A stretch of 64,000 nt of DNA from Sulfurospirillaceae bacterium (GTDB lineage: Bacteria; Campylobacterota; Campylobacteria; Campylobacterales; Sulfurospirillaceae): NCBI GenBank assembly GCA_033723415.1, contig JAWVXD010000003.1:160001-224000 (forward strand). Direction: 5' to 3'. The position numbers were made by a program, and so were the translations under genes. The notes under the pieces were generated by a model. That model made no database searches, had not been told where the DNA came from, and saw nothing but the letters and a program-made list of their open reading frames with translations. Below, piece by piece: positions 42,271-51,718 of the stretch (its first letter is position 1; every line of letters starts with the position of its first letter).

Positions 42271-42837
42271 CTAGAATAAATAGTGTAGTTTTACAAAAAC
42301 TGATTTTTCAGTTTTGCCTTGGATCTTATCGATTCCAACTCCGATTGTTAAAAATGGCACTATGCCAGTGTCATCACCTCCACCAAATTCCGTGTTATCT
42401 AATAACGCTTTGCCAGTCCAAACATTGAACTCCATAGAAGCACCATAGTTGTTGCTATCAGCAAGATACGCCTCTAGCTTTGTATTGCTAAACATAGGTA
42501 ATTTAGTTGTCACCGTGCCGTTTATCGTAGGTTTTGTGGCTGTTTGGGAATGTGTAATTGTTGGGATTTTAGAATACGTTACACCGACACCTAAGCCCCA
42601 ATAGAGAGCATTGTCTCTATGTGTTGAATAAAGAGCTCCTTGGTAGAGATCTTTATCAGCTATTTTTTTAAAGCTAAACATAGAAGATAAATTATCTTTA
42701 GTCTCCATTGCAAGACCAAACTCATAGCTGCTCTGCGAACCGACTGAGGCAAAAATATCTCTTGTGTAGTCTTTTGCCATTGCTCCAGTTGCTACAAGAC
42801 TTGCAACTGCTCCCGATAAAATCAACTTTTTGAACAT
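42271..42837 (-). CDS. Probable small outer-membrane beta-barrel protein
   Basis: Signal peptide ending AMA, alternating beta-strand pattern, C-terminal VKLHYLF; start at 42837 after AAGGAG. Confidence 0.6.
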   Translation of the reverse strand: MFKKLILSGAVASLVATGAMAKDYTRDIFASVGSQSSYEFGLAMETKDNLSSMFSFKKIADKDLYQGALYSTHRDNALYWGLGVGVTYSKIPTITHSQTATKPTINGTVTTKLPMFSNTKLEAYLADSNNYGASMEFNVWTGKALLDNTEFGGGDDTGIVPFLTIGVGIDKIQGKTEKSVFVKLHYLF

Positions 42838-43166
42838 TGTAAACTCCTTATATTTTGTTTTGTTCATCTATATTCATAATCGAAGAAAGTTTTAATGGTG
42901 TTGGGTTAGGGTATTAAATTACTTCGTTTTTCATATTATGGCAGTATTAAATTACTTCGTTTTGTGGGGAGCAAGCACATTTTTTGATGCGGATAACACT
43001 AAATATTAGAACAAAAAAGGCTAAATGATAGGGGAATTTATGTTTTTACGCAATTTTGAACACTTTTATCCCAATCGAGCAAGAGGGGTATTAAATTACT
43101 TCGTTTTTTGATTTTGCAAGTATTAAATTACTTCGTTTTGAATAGAGAGGGAGACTAAGCTCCCTA

Positions 43167-43904
43167 TTAAAATCTTCTAAATCCACTTTGTGTCGAATAC
43201 TCTTTTTCTTGGATTTGAGGATGTAATGTCTTTTTATTTTGATCAAAATTATTGTGCGTTAAGTACGACGAAATAAAAAGTTTAGCATCCTCATAATCTT
43301 TTCGATTGATTATCACCGCAAATGCTTCGATATTCCACCAAATATTTGCATCTACACCGCTATCCCATGCCATTTTGTATAAAACATTATATTTATATTG
43401 CTGGGCATTAAATTTATCTCTTGTGACTCCTCCTCGTGTCATTTCCATATTTTTTGCTGAAAAAGAGTATCCAAATATCGGTATGTCATTAACAGTGCAA
43501 AGTTTTGATATCTTCGTCCAACTTTTCATATTATCGTTCAGCTTGCCATAGATCATTGTATTGGCATCAAGGGAGTTTACCCCGATAGGAAACATTTTAT
43601 TTTGCCAAGTTGCTGGTTTATCTATTTTTCCTCCTTGAGAACTACAATACTCAGCAAATCGCCGATCGTAAAGTTTTTTAAAATTCTGAGTCCAATCTCC
43701 ATTTTTATCTAATTCTCTATTTTTTGTTGCGGTCAATTCATAGAGCTTTGTTTTGTTGTTCCAACTAAACCCTTGTCCCTCTATAAAATCTTTAACCGTT
43801 GTACTTTTTAGAGCTTCTGGAGACGGCATCGATGTAGTACCGCACCCAGAAAATAACATGATCATAGTTGATAGTAAGAATGTCGTTAAAATCGTCTTTT
43901 TCAT
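43167..43904 (-). CDS. Lipoprotein of unknown function
   Basis: Lipobox LFSGC. Confidence 0.8.
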   Translation of the reverse strand: MKKTILTTFLLSTMIMLFSGCGTTSMPSPEALKSTTVKDFIEGQGFSWNNKTKLYELTATKNRELDKNGDWTQNFKKLYDRRFAEYCSSQGGKIDKPATWQNKMFPIGVNSLDANTMIYGKLNDNMKSWTKISKLCTVNDIPIFGYSFSAKNMEMTRGGVTRDKFNAQQYKYNVLYKMAWDSGVDANIWWNIEAFAVIINRKDYEDAKLFISSYLTHNNFDQNKKTLHPQIQEKEYSTQSGFRRF

Positions 43905-43913
43905 GATGTTCTC

Positions 43914-44981
43914 CTAGTAATTTATCATTTCGGTATCGGTTGGCGTATTGGCAGCATTGGTCGTAAGATTGTGATACTTTTTGAGTAACGGTGTCAATGC
44001 TCTTAATATTTTGCCATAAGTTGCTTCCCACTCTTTTGCCTTAAAAATCAGAACTTTACCGTCTTTCGTTCTTGCCTTAAAAGGCATCATCATCTCTGCA
44101 TCACCGTCTATTTTTACGCTCAAGGACTCTACATATTTGACGTTATGAAAAACTGGATAATTCTTATACAAGATTTGTTTAATGATCGGTTTTGCTTGAT
44201 CCAAAAGCTCATCTGCTTTAATTTGTGCATCTCTTGGCAATAGATAAATTGAAGCAAAAGGCACGTTTTTAGTAAAGTCAGATACGAAAAAATATGGATC
44301 TTTCCACGCCCTTTCTTCTTCGATATAAAATGATGGAGACCAATCTGTATATTCCTTTATCTTTGCACCGGATAATTCAAAATACTTAGGAAATTCCTTT
44401 ATATTCAGCTTCCATTTTTCTTTAGCATTTTTGAGATATGGATCTGGAGAAAAGACATCAAAAACTGGCTTGAAAAATTTTGGCGTATAGATTTCAACGA
44501 AATTACCATTTCTCACATACCCGAAAAAATTATGATTATTTATTTTGCAAGATCTTCCCGTCCATCCAATAGTCGCTTTCAACTGAGCGGCTTTTTGAAC
44601 TTTGCCGTTTTCGAGATACTTTTTGATCATCTCTTTTTTTCTATCAATCAGATATCCACTTTTTGCTACACAATATCTCTCTAGCTCTCGTGAGATCGAA
44701 TTGAAAAAATCTCCTAATCTAGGGGTGATAAGGGGATTACACATCATCTTATTTTTTGGCGTAATATTGCCGCAACCGATAGGTATTTCCCGTGTTCTGT
44801 CTAATCGATAAGTGAGAGGCAAACTATCCATAAACTCTTCAAAGTTCATCGCCTTGTATTTTTGAAGATCGCCTTTTTGGATCTTCGGTACTTTAGGAAT
44901 AGCGGATGGCCGTTCTGGTAATGCACAACCACTAAACAATGCTCCTGCAATTGCTACTGTAATTAAAATATTCCCTTTCAT
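43914..44981 (-). CDS. Lipoprotein of unknown function
   Basis: Lipobox LFSGC. Confidence 0.8.
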   Translation of the reverse strand: MKGNILITVAIAGALFSGCALPERPSAIPKVPKIQKGDLQKYKAMNFEEFMDSLPLTYRLDRTREIPIGCGNITPKNKMMCNPLITPRLGDFFNSISRELERYCVAKSGYLIDRKKEMIKKYLENGKVQKAAQLKATIGWTGRSCKINNHNFFGYVRNGNFVEIYTPKFFKPVFDVFSPDPYLKNAKEKWKLNIKEFPKYFELSGAKIKEYTDWSPSFYIEEERAWKDPYFFVSDFTKNVPFASIYLLPRDAQIKADELLDQAKPIIKQILYKNYPVFHNVKYVESLSVKIDGDAEMMMPFKARTKDGKVLIFKAKEWEATYGKILRALTPLLKKYHNLTTNAANTPTDTEMINY

Positions 44982-45020
44982 TTCTTAACTCCTTATATGA
45001 TTTCATTGATATTCATAAAA

Positions 45021-46607
45021 TTACCTGACGATATTAAGCATAGATCCTAAAATACCTGTTGAAGTGGATGCTTTATCGATCAAGTCTTGTTTCATCAGAT
45101 AGTTTTTGTTTGCCGCTATTTTGCTGGCCAACTGCATAGCAAGTCTTGCCATGTCCTGCTTGTTTTCTCTTTGAAACTGATTGATAGCTCTTTTGACATT
45201 ATTTGCCCATTTTTTGCTTTTTGCCTCTCTCATCGCTCGATTAAAGTTCTCTTGTACGCTCTCGCTCGATTCGATATTAAAAGAGATCCTTTGATTGAGG
45301 ATGTATCCCTCACTTTTAGAAAAGATAATGTCGTTGTAGCTGGTATGAACCCTTGGAAAATTAATAATATCTTTGCCTTTCGGTCGCCAAAAATCACTAG
45401 GATCACTTATATATTTTTTTAAAAAGTCGTTTTTACCAGTAATTTTTCTATATAGATATTCTCTCACTCTGTATTGGATCTCTTCAAGAGAGTAGCTGTT
45501 GTTTTTACTCATATCGATGCTGCTAAAAGCCTCAAGATATAATTTCATGAGCTTCTTAAAGTAATCATCGAACTTTTTGTGCTGATTCTCTTTTGAGAGG
45601 TTAATGCCATCGGCATTTAATGATCTATCGATCACGATAATGTTTTTATTTGACATTTCACCGCCAAAAGCTCTCATGAAAATCAAATCTCCGTAAAAAT
45701 GCAATTCTCTTACTGGAGAAATCTCAACAATCGGTTGGGAATTTTTCATCAGTATAAATCTTCCCTCTTGTGGTTGAGTCTGTAAAATATAACGCTTGTT
45801 GAAAAACTTTAAATCATTATCAAAAAAGTTTTTCATCGTAAATACAAAGTTTCCACTCCATCCTCCAGAAACATCAACGATAAATTTACTTCGATAAAAA
45901 GATACCGCGAGATACGTTTGAGGTAGTTCATAGGTTCTGGCACTGACACTTACCTTTGGCAAACCGTAGATAGAAAAAAACTCATTAAACAATTTGTTAT
46001 ATTTGTAGAAAAACTTATCCATTAGAAGATTAGACATAGCCAATATTCTAGCTCTGGCACTCAAAAGCCCGTTTGCACCGCCATAAGCCAATCTCGCTCC
46101 CATCGCCCATTGATTTCCCATCTGTTGAGTCATCGTTTGATCCTGATAATACATATAGTTGCGATTTGCCATCATGGCCTCTTGCTCTGCAAAATTTTTA
46201 AAGCTATTTGGCAAATCAACTTTCCTAATTGGCAGCCAATCCATGAAAGTTCGTGGATCTTTTGTGTATTTATCGATAAACTTTTCTACGAGATAATCAA
46301 TCTCTGGCATCATCATTGTTGCCTGCATATCGATAACCCTTTTTATATTTCTTGATTTAGAGTTACTTTGAGATGTTTCGGAAGATAGTGTTTGCTCTTT
46401 TTCCTTGGATTTTGAAGTTTCAGATCCTTGATTTACCTCTTGCCCTTTTTCATGACTGATCGTTTTTGATGTTTCATTTGTGTGTGATCGATCAACACTC
46501 TTTTGTACCGATTGATCATTTGTTTTCGAGTAATGTTCATCTTGTCCGATTGAGTTTGCAAACAGTGCCGTTGCCAGCATGGTTGCCAATATTAGTATCT
46601 TATACAT
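45021..46607 (-). CDS. Secreted protein of unknown function with S/T/K/E-rich N-terminal region
   Basis: Signal peptide ending ALFA; GAGG RBS; last gene of the relaxase gene run. Confidence 0.8.
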   Translation of the reverse strand: MYKILILATMLATALFANSIGQDEHYSKTNDQSVQKSVDRSHTNETSKTISHEKGQEVNQGSETSKSKEKEQTLSSETSQSNSKSRNIKRVIDMQATMMMPEIDYLVEKFIDKYTKDPRTFMDWLPIRKVDLPNSFKNFAEQEAMMANRNYMYYQDQTMTQQMGNQWAMGARLAYGGANGLLSARARILAMSNLLMDKFFYKYNKLFNEFFSIYGLPKVSVSARTYELPQTYLAVSFYRSKFIVDVSGGWSGNFVFTMKNFFDNDLKFFNKRYILQTQPQEGRFILMKNSQPIVEISPVRELHFYGDLIFMRAFGGEMSNKNIIVIDRSLNADGINLSKENQHKKFDDYFKKLMKLYLEAFSSIDMSKNNSYSLEEIQYRVREYLYRKITGKNDFLKKYISDPSDFWRPKGKDIINFPRVHTSYNDIIFSKSEGYILNQRISFNIESSESVQENFNRAMREAKSKKWANNVKRAINQFQRENKQDMARLAMQLASKIAANKNYLMKQDLIDKASTSTGILGSMLNIVR

Positions 46608-46617
46608 CTTACACCTC

Positions 46618-46971
46618 TTAGCGTTCTCTACCAGCGTTTTTAGACTGCTGTTTGGTTTTGGCTTTATTCTGTTTTAGAGATTTTTCCTCATTTCTTATTT
46701 TTTTGAGTTCACTTTTTATATTTTTTCTCCTCAATTTGTATTGAGTTTTTTCTCGTTTTTTATTCATCTTTTTTGCTTTTTCTTCTTGAGCTTTTTGATT
46801 CATTCTTTTAAAATTATCAATGATCTTTTCAATATCATCTCCACCGTTTTTCGATTTTTCCCAGCTTTGATTTAATTGTTGCTCTTTCCACAAATCTTGG
46901 TTTTGTGCATATTGCGGTTGTTCTTGAGTTTTATACTCTTCAACCGGTTGTTTTTTATCATGTTCGTTCAT
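46618..46971 (-). CDS. Basic coiled-coil hypothetical protein
   Basis: Tightly spaced within the relaxase operon. Confidence 0.65.
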   Translation of the reverse strand: MNEHDKKQPVEEYKTQEQPQYAQNQDLWKEQQLNQSWEKSKNGGDDIEKIIDNFKRMNQKAQEEKAKKMNKKREKTQYKLRRKNIKSELKKIRNEEKSLKQNKAKTKQQSKNAGRER

Positions 46972-46974
46972 CTG

Positions 46975-47223
46975 TTACTCCTCTTCTATTTGAATTTCAT
47001 CAAAATACTTTTCAAGGTATTTCGCCGCAACTTCAAACGACTTCTCTTCAAACTCTTTTATCTCATGATTGGTTAATCCAATCGTTTGAAATAATGCACC
47101 TATGTTGTTCCTCAATGCTCTTGTTTGGACTACATCACGCAATACAAGATTTAAAATTAACTCTTGCTGCTTTTCAAGGTTCTCCAATTTTTCTAAAATT
47201 TGAGCCTTATCTTGTTCGTTCAT
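46975..47223 (-). CDS. Small hypothetical protein
   Basis: AAGGAG RBS before ATG 47223 (MNEQDKAQ), overlapping the relaxase stop region. Confidence 0.6.
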   Translation of the reverse strand: MNEQDKAQILEKLENLEKQQELILNLVLRDVVQTRALRNNIGALFQTIGLTNHEIKEFEEKSFEVAAKYLEKYFDEIQIEEE

Positions 47224-48985
47224 TTTTGATCTCCTTGTTTTTAGATTTTGGTTTCTGCTTATATTCATAATTCTTGTCAATTTTTCTCTCTTGCGCTTTT
47301 ATATCTCTGGCAAGTTTTCCAATACTTTGATTTTTTTGCATTTTAGAGATCATCTTGTGGTTTGAATGAATAGTCTTGAGATCCTTTTGGGTCTGATAGA
47401 TAGCTTTGCCAGTCTCTTTCATGGCTTTCCAAGCTATCTTTGTCGCAAATTTCAAAGTAAATTTTGTTGTGGCTAAAGCGACCGATAATCCAAAAGCCAA
47501 AAATCGCTCTTCGGCACTTCGAGGCTTAAATGACCAATATGTCTTTTTTATATCTTTGGAGAACTTATCTAGTGTTGCGAGTGGCTTAGTCAATGTAAAT
47601 GGAGAGTGTGTGCCTGTTTTTGTCCATTGATTGACCCATCTATCAACTTCTTTGCCATATCCCTTTATCGTTTTATTGAACTTGCTTGGGAGTAATTTCT
47701 CGGTTAATTTCTCGATATGTTTAGCAGCTTCTGGAGAGTCTTTATATTTTAAAAACACTTCTCTACTAACGGCAAGTTTATAAGTGCTGCCCTCTTTAGT
47801 AACCAAACCTTTTGATTTGAGTTGCTCCAGTCGTTGCACTTGCAACATCGTATTCTTGCTAATTGCTTCAAACGAAACATATTTTTGGGTGATAGCTTTT
47901 ATCATTGCCTTGTCTGGATCTAGCTCTCCAAGTGTTAATAGCGTACTATCTATAATGTCGATTTTTGTTTGTGTCTCAAGTTTCCTCAGCTCTTCGATCT
48001 TTTGGAAATTCATGTGTATTTGGAGGGTTCTATCTCGTCTGTCTAAGTCCAATCCACCTTTTACGCCTTTTAGATCTTTCAAGCTTTTGAAGTGCTTTTG
48101 ATTGTTTTTATAGAGATTACTTTGTTCTTGTTTGATCTCTTTGAGAGATTGATATAAGTGACTTTTTTCAACTTCTAATCCGCTACTTTTCTTAGCATTC
48201 TCAATGATACGGGCTTTTTCTTGAGAGTATTTTTCGAGGTCTATTTTGAAGTTTTGCCCATCGATACTTTTTGATATTCCAAGCTTTTCCAGCCCTCTCA
48301 ATCTTTGAGCTACTCTTGTTCTCCAGTAGTCTTTTTGTTTGTCGCTCATCTTGCTTTTATTGAGAGCCCATTCAAATCTTTTCCAACCAAAATGGCCGTT
48401 ATCTTTGTTGATATGCTTCCAAATAAAATTATCAGCTTTTTGGGTATTTGTATAGTTACCCCTCTCGTATTTTTTATTGATCGCATCCATCCTTTTTTGA
48501 TTGCGTTCAATAACTTGTGCTCGCTCTTTTGCATCTTTTGTATATTTGAGTTCTATTGCATCTAATTTGTTAATCCATCCTTTCCCTTTTCCGCTTCTAT
48601 TGAGAGCTTCTTTACTTCCAAAATATGCAATGTGTAGATGTTTGTTTGAACCATCTGGCATATGATGTATAGCATAAACTGCACCCAGCTTTTCTTTTGC
48701 TTGTACACTTCTTTCTTGGATAATATCTTTGGCCATTTGGTGCAACTCTTGGATAGTCAATTGGTCTGTTTGAGGATTGTAAATCTTTATCTCTTGGGCA
48801 TCAAATTTTTGTCCAATGGTATCGGCTGTTTTAAAGTCAATTTTATTGCCGTTGTAGTTGTATAAATTCCTAATTTGTTTATTATCAGTTGTATCAAGAT
48901 ATTTGTATCGCCCATTAACTTTGCCGTTTTCGAGATACTCCAATGAGGCTCTAAGATTACTCACTCTTTGAGTTTTTTCAATCAT
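47207..48985 (-). CDS. HUH relaxase (MOBP-like, divergent)
   Basis: N-terminal SLEY tyrosine, AVYAIHHMPDGSNKHLHIAY 3-His motif; preceded by an RHH gene and oriT-like region. Confidence 0.72.
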   Translation of the reverse strand: MIEKTQRVSNLRASLEYLENGKVNGRYKYLDTTDNKQIRNLYNYNGNKIDFKTADTIGQKFDAQEIKIYNPQTDQLTIQELHQMAKDIIQERSVQAKEKLGAVYAIHHMPDGSNKHLHIAYFGSKEALNRSGKGKGWINKLDAIELKYTKDAKERAQVIERNQKRMDAINKKYERGNYTNTQKADNFIWKHINKDNGHFGWKRFEWALNKSKMSDKQKDYWRTRVAQRLRGLEKLGISKSIDGQNFKIDLEKYSQEKARIIENAKKSSGLEVEKSHLYQSLKEIKQEQSNLYKNNQKHFKSLKDLKGVKGGLDLDRRDRTLQIHMNFQKIEELRKLETQTKIDIIDSTLLTLGELDPDKAMIKAITQKYVSFEAISKNTMLQVQRLEQLKSKGLVTKEGSTYKLAVSREVFLKYKDSPEAAKHIEKLTEKLLPSKFNKTIKGYGKEVDRWVNQWTKTGTHSPFTLTKPLATLDKFSKDIKKTYWSFKPRSAEERFLAFGLSVALATTKFTLKFATKIAWKAMKETGKAIYQTQKDLKTIHSNHKMISKMQKNQSIGKLARDIKAQERKIDKNYEYKQKPKSKNKEIKNERTR

Positions 48986-49391
48986 TTTTCACCTCTTTAT
49001 TTTCTTTACTACTTTCAACTTTAAAGCCTGCATCGGAATAGTGTTTTTGAGTAATTTCAACTGCTTTTCTCCAAGCTGCTTCCTCCGCTTTTGTTGCCTC
49101 ATCTTTATCTCTAACAACACTATGAAATGCTTTAACTTGATAACGAGTTGCTACGCTATAAAGTGTGTTTTTTGCAAGCAAAGAGTTGTATCTATTGAGT
49201 TCCTTTTCAATTCGTTTTTCTATATTTTCTAACCGTTTATCCATTACTGCTAAATGGTCTGTGATCATCCCATTGACATACTGCTGTAAAGCATCTCTTA
49301 CCACATCGCTTTTACTGATTTTGTTTATTCTCGCCAGCTCTTCAAGCGCAAAATGAATACCCTCGTCTATTTTTACATTAATGTGTGTCAT
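48978..49391 (-). CDS. Ribbon-helix-helix relaxosome accessory protein (MobC-like)
   Basis: HINVKIDEGIHFALEELARINKISKSDVVRDAL RHH pattern; overlaps relaxase start. Confidence 0.75.
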   Translation of the reverse strand: MTHINVKIDEGIHFALEELARINKISKSDVVRDALQQYVNGMITDHLAVMDKRLENIEKRIEKELNRYNSLLAKNTLYSVATRYQVKAFHSVVRDKDEATKAEEAAWRKAVEITQKHYSDAGFKVESSKENKEVKND

Positions 49392-49429
49392 TTTCTCTCC
49401 TAAGTGTCTATTTATCGATATTCATAAAA

Positions 49430-49590
49430 AGTCGTAATACGCAAATTTTAAAGATGTAATACGGCTTTCAACCCAAACCGCAAAGGTTTGACCCGACACA
49501 TAATATGTGGCTGACTTGTCTTAAAAGAAAAAAGCAAACTTTTTTCTTTTTTACATCCTTGTACTTCGCACTCGGCATTGGGTTGTTAAG
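49430..49590. other. Candidate oriT
   Basis: Between divergent relaxase and coupling-protein operons; perfect 12-bp IR at 49523-49550 followed by TACATCCTTG; hairpin CAAACC/GGTTTG; GTAATACG twice. Confidence 0.6.
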
Positions 49591-49659
49591 GGAAAAGAGC
49601 CTCAACAATTTAATAAATTATGAATATAGATGAAACATAAATTTACACAAGGAGTAACA

Positions 49660-49953
49660 ATGTCAATTATAGATACCGTACTAAAAAAGTACGATACAAG
49701 CGGCTGTGAGAAAAAATCATCATTGAGCGTAAAAATAAACGCAAATCTTGCCAAAGATATTGATACAGTTTGCAATCATCTTGGTATTTCAAAAAGCCAA
49801 CTGGTAGCGGATATTATTGAAGTATCTGGCATATCAAAAAAAGCGGAAGAGATAGCGGTACTAAAGGAAGAAAAAGAGACTTCAAATAAAAGTCAAACTG
49901 GTAATTTTTCTCCCTTAAAAACCAATCAAGCGACAGATAGTAAAGGAGAGTAA
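49660..49953 (+). CDS. RHH/CopG-like DNA-binding protein
   Basis: SSLSVKINANLAKDIDTVCNHLGISKSQLVADI; AAGGAG RBS before ATG 49660. Confidence 0.65.
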   Translation: MSIIDTVLKKYDTSGCEKKSSLSVKINANLAKDIDTVCNHLGISKSQLVADIIEVSGISKKAEEIAVLKEEKETSNKSQTGNFSPLKTNQATDSKGE

Positions 49954-49955
49954 AA

Positions 49956-50405
49956 ATGGCATTAGGATTTTTACATGAAAATTGGCTTTTTCGTGCTTTT
50001 GAGAACATAGAAACAAATGTAAAAATGGAGACTAAAGGTTGGAGTCTATATGCAAGTATTATTGGATCGCCATTTATAGTTTCGTCGATAATCTATTTTA
50101 TCCATAAAATAATGGAAAGAAGAGCGATGCAGTTAGCACGAATTTCTCTTAGACATTTTAGCTGGATTGACATATCAATAATTCCTTACATTGGTATTGG
50201 GGTAGTCCTCACATTGTTGGTAGCTTTTTTGTTTGGAAAAAAATTTTTAGATTATGTCAAAGAAGAGAATAAAAAGCTCATCAGCGATGAGTATATAAGA
50301 GGTGCAAAATTAGTTTGCAATGATGATTTTAATGATCAGTTTACTGAATACGATGACTTTATAGAGATAAAAGTTGTTGATGAACAATGTACGAGACAGT
50401 TTTAA
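49956..50405 (+). CDS. Membrane protein resembling the N-terminal anchor of a coupling protein
   Basis: Two TM segments then YIRGAKLV, like the RG motif that precedes the TraD/TrwB cytosolic domain. Confidence 0.65.
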   Translation: MALGFLHENWLFRAFENIETNVKMETKGWSLYASIIGSPFIVSSIIYFIHKIMERRAMQLARISLRHFSWIDISIIPYIGIGVVLTLLVAFLFGKKFLDYVKEENKKLISDEYIRGAKLVCNDDFNDQFTEYDDFIEIKVVDEQCTRQF

Positions 50406-50418
50406 GAGGGAGTAAAAA

Positions 50419-51693
50419 ATGAGTATTATAATTCCAAAAGTAGCAACAAGGCAACACATAGGTTTTATAGGAACAACTGGTTCGGGAAAAACTCAAGGTA
50501 TGATGCAAATATTTGAGGCTTTTTTTCATTCAAAAAAAATCATAATCGATGTGAAAGGAGATTATGTTTCAACATTTAAAAAAGAAGATGATTTGATTTT
50601 TTGTCCGCTTGATGAACGAACTATCAAATGGAATATTTTTAACGATATTGAAACATACCAAGATGTAGCAAACATTGCCTTATCTTTAATTCCAGAAAAT
50701 CCAAAAGTTAGTGATCAATATTTTGATCGAGCTGCAAGAAGTGTTCTTGAGGGTGTTTTAATAGGCTTATCAAAAATGCAAAAACCAAGTAATAAAATGA
50801 TATGGGAAACTATTACATCGCCCAAAAATATTATAGAAATTATGAAAACAGATGATGAAGCAAAACAGAAAATGGAAGCTCACATCGATGACGGCTTAGA
50901 TAAACAAACTAGAGGTATCATAGGTACAATTTTGGCGAATGCTGGAGGGGCACTGGAAGCTCTTGCAAATATGGATGGTGATTTTTCTTTTAAAAAGTGG
51001 ACTCAAAATGAAATAAATAAAAAAAGCATCTTTTTACTGGGTGAAGAGAGAATTTTGGACTCTATGCTGCCGCTTTATAGATTAGTTGTAGAGATAGTTG
51101 CAGGAGAGCTTTTGTCAATGCTAGATGATGAGAATAGAGAATTGTTCTTTTGGTTAGATGAGTTACCAAGACTTAAAAAACTGCATAAGGTTATAGATCT
51201 TATGACATTAGCTCGTTCAAAGGGCGGTAAAGTTGTTTATTCCGTTCAAACAATAAAACAGTTGGAAGAGCAATACAAACGAGAGGGGATGGTCACTATC
51301 CTTGATACGACTAACACCAAATTTATTTATAGAACATCCGATGCTCAAGATTTAGAAAAAATCCTTGGACAGCAAGAGGTTTTAGAATATACTGAGTCTC
51401 GTTCTTGGGGGCCGAACGATATGAGAGACGGTGGTGGTCATACAAAACCTAAAAAAATAAAATATGTTGTTTTAGCCTCCGAAATACAAAATTTAAGACC
51501 TTTAGAGTTTTATGTAAAAAGCATCGCTCCATATGTCACAAAAGCACGATTAGAGTATATCGGAAGAGATCCAAAATGTTTAAAATTTGTCCCAAACATT
51601 AGAAAAATTAAAAAAGCAGGAGATTTTTATAAAAATCTTGTGAAGCTAACCCCAGTAAATAGTGAAAAGATTGATTTTGAGGAGTTCTTGTAA
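50419..51693 (+). CDS. Type IV coupling protein ATPase domain (TrwB/TraD-like)
   Basis: Walker A GTTGSGKT, IIDVKG, PLDERTIKWN, Walker B FWLDEL, ARSKGG, ASEIQNL. Confidence 0.9.
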   Translation: MSIIIPKVATRQHIGFIGTTGSGKTQGMMQIFEAFFHSKKIIIDVKGDYVSTFKKEDDLIFCPLDERTIKWNIFNDIETYQDVANIALSLIPENPKVSDQYFDRAARSVLEGVLIGLSKMQKPSNKMIWETITSPKNIIEIMKTDDEAKQKMEAHIDDGLDKQTRGIIGTILANAGGALEALANMDGDFSFKKWTQNEINKKSIFLLGEERILDSMLPLYRLVVEIVAGELLSMLDDENRELFFWLDELPRLKKLHKVIDLMTLARSKGGKVVYSVQTIKQLEEQYKREGMVTILDTTNTKFIYRTSDAQDLEKILGQQEVLEYTESRSWGPNDMRDGGGHTKPKKIKYVVLASEIQNLRPLEFYVKSIAPYVTKARLEYIGRDPKCLKFVPNIRKIKKAGDFYKNLVKLTPVNSEKIDFEEFL

Positions 51694-51695
51694 TC

Positions 51696-51718
51696 GAGGA
51701 GAGTTTCGAACTCTCCTC
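51696..51718. terminator. Hairpin between convergent genes
   Basis: GAGGAGAGTT-TCG-AACTCTCCTC. Confidence 0.75.

Larger units (their letters stand above)
38483..43138. repeat. Dispersed repeat GTATTAAATTACTTCGTTT, 10 copies
   Basis: Plus-strand 19-mers starting at 38483, 40977, 41022, 41092, 41499, 42911, 42944, 43088, 43120; one inverted 16-bp core at 41888-41903. Confidence 0.92.

Noticed and set aside
40977..43138. 19-bp repeats as a CRISPR array
   Set aside because: Repeat too short, gaps range from 13 bp to over 1 kb, one copy is inverted, one lies in a CDS, and no cas genes are visible
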